Below are positions 12,721 through 26,372 of a stretch of DNA of 64,000 bases, one piece after another. Origin of the DNA: Octopus sinensis (lineage: Eukaryota). The number at the start of each line of letters is the position of its first letter. The stretch's first letter is position 1. The notes under the pieces are model-generated. The model did no database searches. It had not been told where the DNA came from and saw only the letters and a program-made list of their open reading frames with translations. The stretch spans positions 73,222,001 to 73,286,000 of the forward strand of contig NC_043001.1 of assembly GCF_006345805.1 (NCBI RefSeq). The letters are read 5' to 3'. A program made the position numbers and the translations under genes.

Positions 12721-13065
12721 CTATTATGGGATTCTTTCAGCTTCTGTCAACCAAATCTTTTCACAAGGCTTTGATCATGCTTTCAGTGCTAGTGTGTGGC
12801 ACCAAAATATCAACACAGTAGGACTGAACCTGAAACCATGTGTTTTGGAACCAAATTCTTTAACCGTATTGCCACACCTCCACCTATATATATATATAGA
12901 CACACACACTCACACACACACACACATACATAAGGATTGCTTTATACCTTCCTTAATCTGTTAAGGCTTACCAGTTATGGAAAGATGTTTAAACTAAGGA
13001 AATTAATAATCAAAAAACAACTAAAGCAAATACAAATCTATTAAGTATTTCATAGTATTTCTTAC

Positions 13066-13284
13066 CATCTAAACATTTGAGCATGACACCAACAGGTAGC
13101 AATGGATCCATAACACTAAGTAGACGAGATGGAGATGGAACTATACTGATTAATGCTGATGTGTACACAGCTAGGATTCCATCTGGGATACGAATATTAG
13201 AGTCAATGGCACGCAGTGTCACCGCCAATACCAGATTTCCACCAGCACTGTCACCAGTAAAGCAGATTCTTTCTCCAGTCCAAC
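13066..13284 (-). CDS. LIPE: LIPE exon with catalytic Ser (GDSAG)
   Basis: attttcctag|GT...GATG|gtaaga; 219 bp, phase 1/1. WTGERICFTGDSAGGNL...PSPSRLLSVMDPLLP. Confidence 0.97.
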
Positions 13285-13389
13285 CTAGGAAAATAGATAA
13301 CACAATAGTAAAATATATATACATATATGTGTGTGTCTTTACAAACATGAGAAAATGGCCTGAGTATGGTTGTTTCCACCAACTTATCC

Positions 13390-14110
13390 AATGTCAACTT
13401 CTTAGATGCCATCCTAGACCTCTGGACATGTAAATATTATCCCTACAGAAAATGTAATAATGAAACTGCTTACATCTATAGAAACTCAAATCAGTCACCA
13501 TCAGCTGTAATTAGAAACTTAGTCACAAGCATCAATAGAAAGACCTACAACAAGGCACAAGTAAGAAGTGGCTTTACTCATAAATTAAGGTCCCTACCCC
13601 TGTGAGTTAAAAAGAGAAAGGTGATCTGGTTCAATCCTCCATGCACTCTTGATGTATCCACTAACCTAGAAATTTCCCTTTCCTAATGAAACAACATTTC
13701 CCAAGCATACGTAAGTATCATGAATTCTGTAATTCCCATAACATTAATGTTAGCTATGTGAAGATACACACACACACAGTCCATCCTATACCTTACACTG
13801 AAATCAGGAGAAATGTGTCTCTCAAACACTGTGTGCTATACAAGCTATCTTTACAGTATCCAATGATATTACAAGGTACTTGACATGTATAACAGCCAAT
13901 GATTTCAAGAAATGATTTACACAATATATGCACTCCTTCTAGGGTAGAGATAAGGAAACTTAACCTCCCTGTCCTAGCTCAACTGGAAACTCCTCGATCA
14001 AGGAACCAACTTTTCCAACATCATATGGAGCATCTTTGACAGTATCTTTTTCATCTGCCCAAGAGCTCATGACTGCCAAACTCTGTATTCATGAGAAACT
14101 GTATATACTA
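13390..14110 (+). mobile_element. Penelope-like retroelement fragment (RT C-terminus and linker)
   Basis: VNFLDAILDL..KYYPYRK.NN...YI..NSN...VIRNLVTSINR, KRKVIWFNPP and KQHFP...NINVSY match Penelope-like ORF motifs; frameshifted. Confidence 0.8.
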
Positions 14111-14776
14111 CTTTACATTTATGAATTTGAGTTGCAAGATTCCTGAAGTGAAGTTGTGTGTTGAAACAAATATTGTTGTATTTCAGGATGGTCATTTTTT
14201 GCCCAAACACACACACACTATATATTTGTTCTTCACTTGCTTATTACTGTTCTTAGTCTAATTCATGTCCACTGTCTGAAAATCTTATACTACAGTATCC
14301 ATCAACAGGAATACTGATCAAACCTATTGTTGTCACTACATAAACATCCTATTAATGAACTTCACACTATTGGTCATTGATATTCTGTAAAGACCACCTT
14401 AGTGATAGCTAGCTCATGCACAATTAAAGAGTAAACAATCTCCACTTGTTCATAATGAAATTATTTTCCATTTTTATTCTTTCTACATTTCTGCTTTGCT
14501 CTGCACCCATTAACATATCATGCAAAGTTGTTGTGTGCTGTATTTCTAGATGGGTACTGGTGGTCCACAATGAATGATGATAATGTTCCATCATCATGGC
14601 TCAGCAGTATCCAGCTACAATTTATACCATATTCAACCATAAACTGTTTTCTCTCTCTCTCTCTGTCTTTCATTCATATTTATATATCACATAAAGATTA
14701 ATAAACACACACACACACATATCGTCCAACACATGCTAGCATGGAAAGCAGACGTTAATCGATGATGATGATGATG

Positions 14777-14833
<57 letters not shown>

Positions 14834-15101
14834 CCATACACAGCTACACATGAAACATAAAATGATATGTATCCAGACACCACCAGACCACTTACATTGC
14901 TACATTCCTCTCATCACTATTACTATCTCACATCACTAACAGGTCATCAACTACCAAAACATAAGCATAAATTCTCTCTCAGTATTAGCATGAATATAAT
15001 TATCTGGGATTGTAGTGTTAAAAGCCATCTTCAAATTTTCATCTGAAGAAGTAGTAGCTCAAATGCACCTCCAAAATTTTGCATAATGTGGAGCCGAGTC
15101 T

Positions 15102-15330
15102 TTAACCTTTTAACTATGAAATAAATTTCATGCTTATTTCCAATAATGATGTTAAATATCTACCCAAAAAATAGAATCAGTATTTTCTGGAAAGTCACCT
15201 TGCCTCGATAAACTTGACATATCTGAACAAAAAATAATTTCAAACATGACATTCCTCAACAAAAGATAGATTGTTATATAAAACTGTTTCCCATGGTGAA
15301 TTTCAAGTGGATCCACAGTAAAAGGGTTAA
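15102..15330. mobile_element. piggyBac-type MITE
   Basis: TTAA-ccttttaactatg ... cacagtaaaaggg-TTAA (14/17 inverted match including the TTAA). Confidence 0.7.
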
Positions 15331-15479
15331 TGTAATGTAAATAAGACCAGTCTTAAACATAAGGTAAATAATTTATCAGTGTTAGATGTAAAGTAAATCC
15401 AACATTAGTTTTCAATGTAATGTATAATTTTTAAAACTAAAAACTTTAATTGTAGCAAAATTTCTATTTTTATACATAC

Positions 15480-15624
15480 CAACTTGTTCAGGATTTTTCA
15501 AAACCCAAGCATAAAGATAAAAACATTCTTCTAAAGCTCGTGGAAATGGGTTTTCTGGTGCCAGAGAATAATCTACAGACACAATTGGCACTTTGAGGTC
15601 ATGAGCCCATTGACGGAGGTAAAC
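15480..15624 (-). CDS. LIPE: LIPE exon (alpha/beta-hydrolase core; not in ORF track)
   Basis: tctttctag|GTT...TTG|gtatgt; 145 bp, phase 0/1. [48 protein letters not shown](G). Confidence 0.96.
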
Positions 15625-16889
15625 CTAGAAAGATCAGTAAGAATAAATTAACAACAACAATATTGATAACGAAAGGGAGGATAAAGGACATTGGGCCAAT
15701 GCACAACATATTTGAGGTTTTAATTTTCTAATGTGCAGTAATATATCTGACTCACATATAAAAGAAATGTACATGTTCTAAAGAAGAAATAAGCAAGTAA
15801 AATCCAAATACATAAGCAAAGGTATTGCACTTTACAATGTACATTAGAAAAACAATAGAAATAGGACAACTCCTTGAATTTAAAATAAAATAACCAATAG
15901 ATAACATAATATGAACCAACAAAAGCACCACAACACACACATAAACCTGCATTAAAAAAAAAACACAAGAGAAATGACCACACATATCTAACCCTTTTCT
16001 TACCATGTTTTTGTTGGTTTACATTGTCTTTGTTTCAGTTGATTTTGAAAATAATGAAGAGTTTAGTGAAGTAACCCTATCATTATGAAACTAGTGTCTA
16101 GAACTTAAAGTAACATAAAATTTTGATGGAGGATTTCAATTTAGAATACTCTAAAGCAGGAAAGCAATGATGCTCCATTTAATGTTGGGAAAGTTGTTTC
16201 CTTGATCCTGCAGTCTACAGATGAGTCAGGTCAGGGAAGTTAAATCTTCCCTGTACTCTAGACAGAGTGCATATGTTGCATAAATCTTATCTTGAAAACA
16301 CTGGCTGTTACACCTGTGAAGTGTCACTGGATAGAGTGAAAATAGCTCTATAGCCAACAGCCTTTGGGAGACGTGTTTCTCCTGGTGAGCAGTTTGGTAG
16401 GATTTCAGCTATTACAAAGTAAGATACGGAATCTCTCCCTCTCCCTCTCTGTATGCATGAGAGAGAGTGCATAGCTAACCTTAATGTTATGAGCATTACA
16501 GGGTTTGTGATATCTTTGTGTTGGGAAATACTGTTTAACTAAGGAATTCATCTATTTAATATTTACTTATTTATTTAAAAGCAAGGGTAAACTTAAAAGA
16601 TAGTTTGGTTTCAAAAGGTTTAAAGAGTTCTCCAAACACAAAGAAAATATTTACAGACAAACGACAAAAACAAAGAAATAAACATGACTTAACAAAAACA
16701 CAAAGAAAAAAACTAAAACCCAAAATGATGAAAACAACAGAAATCTCCATGGAAACAAAAAAGACAGCTACATCAAAATCATTGTTTCAACTTTCACATT
16801 TAACAAAGGGTTAACAGTGAGAAGGACCTCACAGAAACAATACAGAAAATGGAAGTGCACATAGAGTAAGTTAAAAAAAATAATCTTAC

Positions 16890-17012
16890 CTCATGGGACT
16901 TTGAAGACTGAGCAACAAACCCTCCACCATGAATATGGAAAAGTAGGTTAGGTGATGGTGGCTGTGCTTTGCTTGGTAGACGGATAATTAGGTGGTCTTT
17001 TAAAAGTTTTTC
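16890..17012 (-). CDS. LIPE: LIPE exon with HGGG oxyanion motif (not in ORF track)
   Basis: ttttacag|GAA...GAG|gtaaga; 123 bp, phase 0/0. EKLLKDHLIIRLPSKAQPPSPNLLFHIHGGGFVAQSSKSHE. Confidence 0.96.
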
Positions 17013-17444
17013 CTGTAAAATTAAACAATGTAAAAATTCTCAATGTTTAAGATTTTTATGTGAAATATATTTGCCAAATAAATTGGAGAGAGACAGGTGG
17101 AGGATGAGGAAATGACAAAATAGTTATGAGAAGAGTTCAACAAATGAGTAATTTGTTTTATTTAGAGGTAATAAATGTTAGTATTGATTTCATCATTTTA
17201 TATAAACACCAAGAAATGATAAAGGGACAAACAAAAGTGTTTCGCTCTAGAGAAAATGCATGGCTACCTCATATTATATAAGGGTGTGTGTGTGTGTGTA
17301 GACAGTAGTGATAGGGTGTCAGAGCAAACTTTCAAAGAGCACAAGAGATTACAGACAGTGGATCAAATGGGAATAGAGGGGATAGTTTTACAAGAATGTG
17401 AGGAAAGAGTAACAGACATTAGAGATAGGGATAGAAGTGGTTAT

Positions 17445-17770
17445 AAGGACCCCCTATGGTCATGAATGACCATGGGATTGCACCTAGAAAGTTACCCTCC
17501 AAAGCACAAGTCAGGGCAACGTTTTATGGAAGATCAGCAGTTGCCCCTACATACCATCCTCCCCTCTCCATGCCACTGATGTTATCCAAGGGAAAGGCAA
17601 AGGCTGATACAGCTTGGCACCAGTGATGTTGCAACTCATTTCTACAGCTGAATGAACTAGAGCAATGTGAAATAAAGTGCCTTGCTCAAGAACAAGCCAG
17701 TCTGAGAATCGAACTCACTACCTCATGATTGTGAACCTGACACTGAAATCACTGAGCCACGCATCTTCAC
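17445..17770 (-). mobile_element. SINE-like family D copy with tRNA-like head
   Basis: Matches 33590-33835; minus strand carries TGGCTCAGTG and GTTCGATTC promoter-like boxes. Confidence 0.7.
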
Positions 17771-18431
17771 AGGAGTGGAGGTGCGGCTTAATGCGGAATA
17801 TCAGTATGGGAAGTAAAGGGGAAGAGATAGTGGTGAAGACTTTACATATTGTTAGTTAGAGTTTCATGTAACGAATAATCACAGTCATGATTATTTAGAA
17901 TACTACAGTTTACAAATATCTATAAATGGGTGCAGGGAAAATTATTTAGCCACTCAATGAATATATGTTTAAAGCTGATGGGACAGGGCATTATTAGTAT
18001 TCAAAATAACAGGAACCAATCGAATGAAAACACAACTGACCATAATAACAAGTGAGCTGAAACTAAATTAAAAACTGAATATAAATCATCTATATATGTA
18101 AAAAGAGGGAAAATACAGTGGTGACACTAAGTTCAACTAACACACAATATCAAGGCAAGAAGACAGTAAAATAGACACACACCCATGCACATACATATGT
18201 ATGATAGGCTTCTTTCAGTTTTCATCTTCCAAATCCACTCATAAGGCTTAGGTCAGCCTGAGGCTATAGAGGAAGACACCTGCCCAAGTTACTACGCAGT
18301 GAAACTGAATCCAAAACCTTGTAGTTGAGAAACAAAGTTCTTAACTACACACACATATATTTGTACCTGTAATAAAATCTTTTTGAAGAAAGATTCTTTT
18401 ATCTAAATTTGGTAATAATGAAGATACTTAC

Positions 18432-18620
18432 CTGTCCTTGAAGGAGATCAAATGACAACAAACGGAACTGAAGATTAGTTAAGCCACTGTAGATTGATGG
18501 TGCTTCAATACATAGAGTTTCCTTTCCCTTGGAATCGGTCTTTGGCAACTCTATAGGAACTGGTTCTATTTTAAGAACGGAGTTTACTTGAAGTATGAAG
18601 CCTGACAGTAGTGACATCCG
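18432..18620 (-). CDS. LIPE: LIPE exon (end of N-terminal domain)
   Basis: aatttttcag|CGG...CAG|gtaagt; 189 bp, phase 0/0. RMSLLSGFILQVNSVLKIEP...QFRLLSFDLLQGQ (HSL: RLISYDLREGQ). Confidence 0.93.
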
Positions 18621-18984
18621 CTGAAAAATTAAAGATGGTAAATAATAGAAAACAGTAATATACAGTACAATTCTGAAAACCAAGTTGAGTTGTTTCAACA
18701 AATTACTAATGAAAGGTCTATGACCTTCTGACTTGTAGCAGAGTTGTAGCAGAGTCAGGGGAGCTACTTCTATCAATAATGGTTTCAAATTTTAGTACAA
18801 GGCCAGCAACTAAAGTAGGTCTTTAGAGTATTTTCATAAAGCATTGGATGAACTTGGTGACTAACACCAGAGCTAAACTGATGATAGAAGAAGGCCCTAA
18901 GTAATCGGGTGTCTTCCCTGCATGCCACATGGCCAACCCACTTCAGATGTGCTTTGATAAGGAAACTCTCTGTGCCTAGTATCT

Positions 18985-19385
18985 CATTTACTTGTTTCAG
19001 TCATTTGACTGCGGCCATGCTGGAGCACTGCCTTTAGTTGAGGAAATCGACCCCAGGACTTATTCTTTGTAAGCCTAGGACTTATTCTATCGGTCTCTTT
19101 TGCCGAACTGCTAAGTTACAGGGACGTAAACACACCAGCATCGGTTGTCAAGCGATGTTGGAGGGGACAAACACAACACACAAACATACACACATATATA
19201 TATATATATATATACATATATACGATAGGCTTCTTTCAGTTTCCGTCTACCAAATCCACTCACAAGGCTTTGGTCGGCCCGAGGCTATAGTAGAAGACAC
19301 TTGCCCAAGGTGCCATGCAGTGGGACTGAACCCGGAACCATGTGGTTGGTAAGTAAGCTACTTACCACACAGCCACTCCTACGCC
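18985..19385 (-). mobile_element. SINE family A, full-length copy
   Basis: Reverse complement closely matches 63387-63790. Confidence 0.85.
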
Positions 19386-21410
19386 TATGTCACAGCTTAC
19401 AAGAACCTCTGTCAAATAAACCAATACCAGTATATTACTACTACTAATTTTATTGATGTCAGAGAGCCTGAAGACAAAGACAATGTGTAATGTAGCAGAT
19501 TTAGAAGTATATGAAAGTATCAGCCATGTAGAGTATACATGTAGGATGGTGGCAGGAAAAGAATACAATGTAAAATACTGTTGGGTTGAAAGAAATGATA
19601 CACTGAGAGATTAGGACAAAATTTGGACTTAAATGATAAATGACATGAACATCATCATCACCATAAAAATCATTTGTTGTCAGTTTCCATACTGGTAGAG
19701 TTTGACAGAATCCAGCAAGTCACAGGGCAGCATCAAGTTCCAATCAGCTTTGGCATGGTTTCTACAACTGGATGCTTTTCCTGACCCTAACCACTTTACA
19801 GGATGTACTGGATATGTCTTCACACCAGCAGCACTAGTGAGGACACCAAGTAACTAGCAGGACAGGAAAAGAACAGGAAAAGGAAAAAGAACCCTTGACT
19901 AAGAGGAGAGAACATTTGAGAAGGAAGAACAGTGGCTTTACGCCAGGCGTTCAGGGTTAAAGTATGAAAGAGGAACAAGCATGGGTGTCTGGCTATAGAA
20001 AAGCTACATCACAACTTTGCATTGGCAGTGATAGAGAGCCAGAGCAAAGCTTCAAGGAGCAAGAGAGAAAACAGACAGTGGATCAGGTAGGGGAAGGAGA
20101 GGGTGGAAGTTTATAAGAGTGTGAGGAGAGAGTAACACTTTTCCAGAAACTACTATTGGATATGATTGCTGTAAGATGTTATGGTACTTTTGTGTGTTAA
20201 ACAACCATGTATTTCATGGTTTCATCATCATCATCATCCATTGTCCATGCTGGCATGGGTTGGACAGTTTGACCACGACTGGTAAGCAGAGGGGCTGCAC
20301 CAGGCTCCAGTCTGATTTGGCATGGTTTCTACAGCTGGATGCCCTTCCTAAAACCAACCACTTCAAGAGTGTAATGGGTGCATATATGAGTGCATATGGG
20401 TACCAGTTCCATGACACCAGTATCTACCATGATAATGATTTCACTTGGCTTGACATTTCATTTGTCTTGGTCATTTGTCATTGCCTCCATGAGGCCCAAC
20501 ACTCAAAAGATGTTTTTTATGTGCCACCAGCACAGATGCCAGTTACATGACATCAGTAAATATCATTATTATTGTAGGGTAGTAGGGCAGTGGATTGACA
20601 GAATCATTAAAGTACTATATAAAATACTTTGTGGTTTTTGTTCCAGCTCATTACATTCTGAGTTCAAATCTTTCTGAGATCAGCTGTGCTTTTGATGTTG
20701 ATGAAATAAGGTGCCAGTCATGTACTGAGATTAACAATATTGACTAAGCCCCACCTTCAAGTTTCAGATCATGTACCTCTGCTAGAAACAACTATTATTA
20801 TTGCAGTGTAAAGGCAGCAAACCAGCCAATTCATCAGAGCATCAGACAAAATACTTTGCAGATTTAGTTCCTCACATTCTGAGTTCAAATCCTGCTGAAG
20901 TCAACTTTGACTTTCATCCCTCCAGATTAATACTGGGGTCAATGGTATCAATGAACCCCAGTCCTCATAACTGCTACTCTTGTGCCTAAGTCAGAAACCA
21001 TTATTGTAAGATCCTACATCCTAGATATTACTTCACCATATATGGCAGTAGAGTTTAAAAAAGAACAAGAATTAAAAACAAGATTTTGGAGAATCTGATC
21101 CCAGAGAACAAGGGAAATCGTGGGAGAGACAGGAGTGGAAGTAACCCATAATGTCATAGAATTACTGGGAACAACACCAAAATATCTGCTCTACACACCA
21201 ATAAATATTGATATTGAGACCAGAAAAGAAGAGTTAAAGAAAACAGCTGTACTGGGGCACCATCTTGAAGGGTTTAGGTAAACAAATTTTCCCCAGTACT
21301 TATTTTTAAGCCTGATACTTACCTATCATTCTCTTTTTGCTGAGCTGGTAAGTTAGGGAGACATAAAGAAATCAATATCAGTTGGCAAATAGTGGTGGGA
21401 ACAAAAGTAA

Positions 21411-21442
<32 letters not shown>

Positions 21443-22829
21443 ATGGGTTAAGTCAATTACATTGACCCCTGTGCTCAACTAATACTTATTTTATTGACCC
21501 CAGAAGGATGAAAGAAAAAGCCAACCTCAGCAGAATTTGAACTCAGAATGTAAAGATTGACAAAATACTACTAAGCATTTCACCCAGCATGCTTACAGTT
21601 CTACCAGCTTGCCACCTTCATCATATAAAACAAGTATTGGTGCTATAAGCAGGTGAAAGACTAAATTAATGAGGACAGAAATTAAAAGTCAGGAACCCAC
21701 AATGAAGCACTCTTGTAATCGTTTAGCCCCAGGTCATTCCCAATCAAGAAGCCTATGATCAAAGATGTTCCAGCTCTGACCAACTTGTTCTTCATTCCAC
21801 AGTACATACCAAAACAGTACATCATCTAATATATCCTTCCCCTTTTTAAAGATAGTAAGGTGTGATGTGAGTGAATTTTGGCTGCCATATCTAGCATGTT
21901 GAGAAACTGTATACAGACTCTCGCATCTTGCATGAATTCTAGTTTCATGTTTGGTATAAAACCACTGTCTTAGTTTCAGTCATTTGTGAAGCACTTATGT
22001 ATTAACAGTTTCAAATGATGATATGAGAAATTTAATTAAAGACAGAGTGAACATACAATAGGGGTTTGCTGAAAAAGAATCTTAAAAAGAGGCAAAAGGT
22101 AGATAATACAAAACATATCTAAGTCTGTTGTATAGCCATGAAATATGGGCAATTCATGTAGATATACAATTGAATAAAAATAAAGGATCCTGGTCAGCTG
22201 GAAGGTAATAATACTTTACGGAAAGTTTTGAGAAAAAATCACATGAGGACACAAATCTGGACCTCACCTGTACTGACTAATGTATATGTGTGTGTGTGTA
22301 TGGGGGGGGGGGTGTACACATTAATTTATTATGCATTCTTAATCTTTCTTTCATATCTTGTTTTGATCATTATTATCATTACTCCATTCTATTTTCTTTG
22401 TTCATTTTACTTCAACAGTATGATTGGTGTTCAGTGTTCTTGTAATAACAAGCACAATGTTTTTCTTCATCTTACACATTTATTCAGATTTCAAATGCCA
22501 AGGAAATGATACTTATTTTCAAATATTTATTTCTTAAATATTTAGCTGGGTTAATATGCCTACATTTAGGATTAGATAGGAAGTTCTTTTTATGATCCTT
22601 GCGAGTGTGAGTGAGCATATGCATATAGGCACATGTGCAAGTGTATGTATGTACATGCGCACATACACGATTGCTATGAGCTTTTTTATTTCTTTACTTT
22701 TTACTTTCTCCTCTTCAGCTTTTTCCCCTTATTTAATGGTCATTCTAATAGCTCTTTTGTCTCAATAACAGTCAATTACATAGTTATTTCCCTTCCTTTA
22801 ACAGTCATTTTCATAGCATTTTTTTTTTA

Positions 22830-22904
22830 TTGCCTCGATAACTGACGAAATGCTGGAGCAGATTTCCGCCCTGACATCCGAAACTCGGAGTCTTATTATG
22901 GCAA
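22830..22904 (+). ncRNA. Type I hammerhead ribozyme motif (Penelope pLTR type)
   Basis: Stem I ttgcc..gataa / ttatt..ggcaa; CTGACGA 22842-22848; GAAA 22880-22883; near-palindromic stem III ACTCgGAGT; GTC cleavage triplet 22890-22892. Base of stem II is imperfect. Confidence 0.6.
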
Positions 22905-22998
22905 CCAAATAATTGTCACATATTATATTACAGATATATATATATATATATATATACGTACATACATACATACATACGTACCTACATACATATATATG

Positions 22999-23030
<32 letters not shown>

Positions 23031-23184
23031 TAAATCATCATCATCATCATCGTTTAGTTAAATATATTCAATGAGAATATTATATAATAATTCAGTATAT
23101 AATATTCTCATTGAATATATTTAACTAAAGATTTATGCACTTTGCTCTATATATTATAAAGAGCACTCAATACTGAATTTGTGA

Positions 23185-23345
23185 AGCATGGAAAAACAAT
23201 ATCTAAGAATTTCACTTAGATATACCAATTCCTTCCAAAGACACATATTTATTAGCATTACTCCAGAAAACTAATGGCTTACTTAAAAGAATGAGATGGA
23301 AAGCATTCTTTTATGACAACAAAGGAATGATAAATGACCAAAAGA
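23185..23345 (+). mobile_element. Penelope-like element ORF N-terminal fragment
   Basis: IPIPSKDTYLLALLQKTNGLLKRMRWKAFFYD matches the KNIPIPS...KRMRWKAFF start motif recalled from invertebrate Penelope-like ORFs. Confidence 0.75.
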
Positions 23346-23533
23346 ATATATATTGTTATATTTGAATGGCCACTTTGCCAGTTTAGCCAATAAAGGAATA
23401 TGCATATTTACATATATTTTTATACATATTTATATTTATTTACATGTTTTTAATACAAGAATTATTTTTTACACATGTATATCTTTCTGGGGAGTTTTGA
23501 TATTGATTTCCTAATATTAATAATAATATATCA

Positions 23534-23568
<35 letters not shown>

Positions 23569-24088
23569 GTACATACATATATATATATATATATATACAC
23601 ATGCACACACATATATATATATACACACGCACACACATATATATATACACACGCACACACATATATATATACACACGCACGCACATATATATACACACAC
23701 ACACACATATACACATACACACACGCATGCACACACACATATATACATACATGCACGCACACACATATATGCACAGTGGTGCACAGAATGTTAAGAGACC
23801 ACTCTTAAGATACAAAGATGATCAAAGGATCAAATTTATAGACTGGAAGGTGCACTGCATGCAGTGATTAAATTTATATAGATTAGAAAATGTGTTGCAT
23901 GCAGAGAGTAAAGTGATGTGTATCAGTGTTGGAAAGTTCAGAAAAGAGAGGTAGGTGAAGGAGTGATGGGTGTGTATTTCATAGAGATTGGAGGTTAGTA
24001 AAAAAAAATGTTGGTGATAAACAGATGAAATGACATCAGACTACGATAATTATAAAGATGATGTATCACAGATCATCTCAACTATTGT

Positions 24089-24129
<41 letters not shown>

Positions 24130-24505
24130 CATACATACATTATCATCATTATTTAACATCTCCCTATTACCATACTAGCATAAAATAAGTACCAGTTGAG
24201 AGCTGGGATCAATGTAACAGGCTATCCCCAGTGCTCAACTAGTACTTGAGATGAACAGCTGAACCAGAGGGCTCTCTCTGCCAGGTTGTGTGTCTGATCT
24301 GGTATGGTTTCTACAATTGGATGCCCTTCCTAATGCCAACCACTTGACAGAGTATAGTGGATGTTCTTTTATGTGGCACTAGCACCAGTGAGGTTGGCTA
24401 GGTACCTGCAAGATAAAAACCCTCCACTGAGCGAGGTATAAACAGGAGGAATAAGAAACTATGATAGAAAGAGGGAAGCAGGTGTCTTGCTGAAGAGGTG
24501 AATAC

Positions 24506-24524
<19 letters not shown>

Positions 24525-24558
<34 letters not shown>

Positions 24559-24770
24559 AGAGGAGAAACGAGAGAGAAAGAAGAGAAAGAGAAGAGAGAG
24601 AAGAGCGAGTGAGTGGGTGAGAGAGAGAGAGAGAGGAGAAAAGAGAAAGAAAAGAGAAAGAGAGAAAGAAGAGAAAGAGAAGAGAGAGAAGAGCGAGTGA
24701 GTGAGTGGGTGAGAGAGAGAGAGAGGGAGAGAGAGAGAGTGAGAGAGAGAATAGGAAATGCAGAGAGTGA
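24525..24770. repeat. Polypurine (GA)n tract with internal ~60-bp duplication
   Basis: gaaagaagagaaagagaagagag(ag)aagagcgagtgagt occurs twice. Confidence 0.85.
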
Positions 24771-25799
24771 AAATAATGTACCTGATGATTAGATATAGGG
24801 AATGAGTTGGACACAAAGGATATCATTTCAGTGTAGTTTATATATGTATATAATTACTATTACTGGTATTAAACAGACAGATAGATGGATAGATGTTGAA
24901 GTGATATGATGATAATGATGAGTACAATGATGATGATGACAAATGAGCACCAAAGGTGGCATCAGATTAGCTGACACAACTGGATGTGATCAAAGTGACC
25001 AACTACAAATTATACTGATTTGGGAATAACAAGAAAATAGTAAGAAAATAAAGACCCATGCAGAAAGGACAAGATTCTGAGAAAATGAAGACTTTGAAAA
25101 ACAGAGGTTAATAAAAAAAAATAAAAAAAAATTACTTGATAGCATAACAACAAAGTAATTAAAATAATAAACAGACCAACAACAACCATACAATACTGAT
25201 GAAAACTTTGTTTCATTAACTATTATTTATACCACACACACACACAGACATTTTTGGCAATGAGAGAGTATAGATGATTACATTTACCCCAGTATATGAT
25301 GAGGTTTAAATGCAAAAGGCTGATATTTACATCCCTTTTTACCACAGTTGTTTGTCCCATAAATTATGAAATTTATCATCTACCATCCTAATAATAATAA
25401 CAACAATAATAATCCTTTCTACTATAGGCACAAGGCCTGAGATTTGAGGGGAAGGGGATAATCTATTATATCAACCCCAGCACTCAACTAGTCTTATTTT
25501 ATTGACCCTGAAAGGATAAGAGGCAAAGTCAACCCAGACCACATTTGAACTCAGAATGTATAAACTGAAGAAATACTGCTAAGCATTTTTTCCAGTGCAG
25601 TAATGATTCAGCCAGCTTGCCACTTCCTCCTCTTCTGCCGCCACTGACAATGACAGAGACTTTAGAATTACCCTACAATCTTGGTAAATTGCAAAAAATC
25701 AGCTTTACTCGGAACTGCACATATACTATCTATCTTGTTGTGACTTGACAGACAGTACAAATCCACAGTATACACATCTTCAATTTACAATAACAAATA

Positions 25800-26372
25800 C
25801 CCTGATGCAGTACCAGGCAGTTGTTCTCACAGCTTCTGATCTTAATTGATTGGAAGTGTTATCATGTACATGTTTTGTCTTGGTGTGAAAGATGGACTAC
25901 AGCAGATATTCTGCTCAATACTGCAGATCTACTTATCAGTTGCTTGACCGTAACCTGTTGGGCATGATTAAGGCTGATGGTATGTGCATCTTTGATCAAT
26001 AGCAAGAGTAATGAGGGAGCATCATAGTCATGTGTTGAGAGGAATTCTTCGGGTTTTGAATAATTCACATCTGGAAACATGGGTGTTTCATTCATCATCC
26101 TTAAACAACCCTTATTCAGTTGCCTTTTGAGCAGGATAGGCTATTCAACCTGTAAAAAGTTTGAACTGAAACCCCTCCCACCTGCTTTGCAAGGTCATGC
26201 ATTGCTTATCTTGACAGGAGATCAACATGTCATGCACATATGGTTGTGATGCATGTGCCTGGTACCCTTATCAGACAGGTGGTCCTGATGGGTATATTAA
26301 GCGTCATATATTTGTACCCCAGCATCACTTTGATGCCATGCGCTGCTCTCTCACTCAATAATAATAATAATA
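25800..26372 (+). mobile_element. Interspersed repeat with (AAT)n tail, next to an R4-like remnant
   Basis: Inverted homologue at about 61230-61425. Confidence 0.55.
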
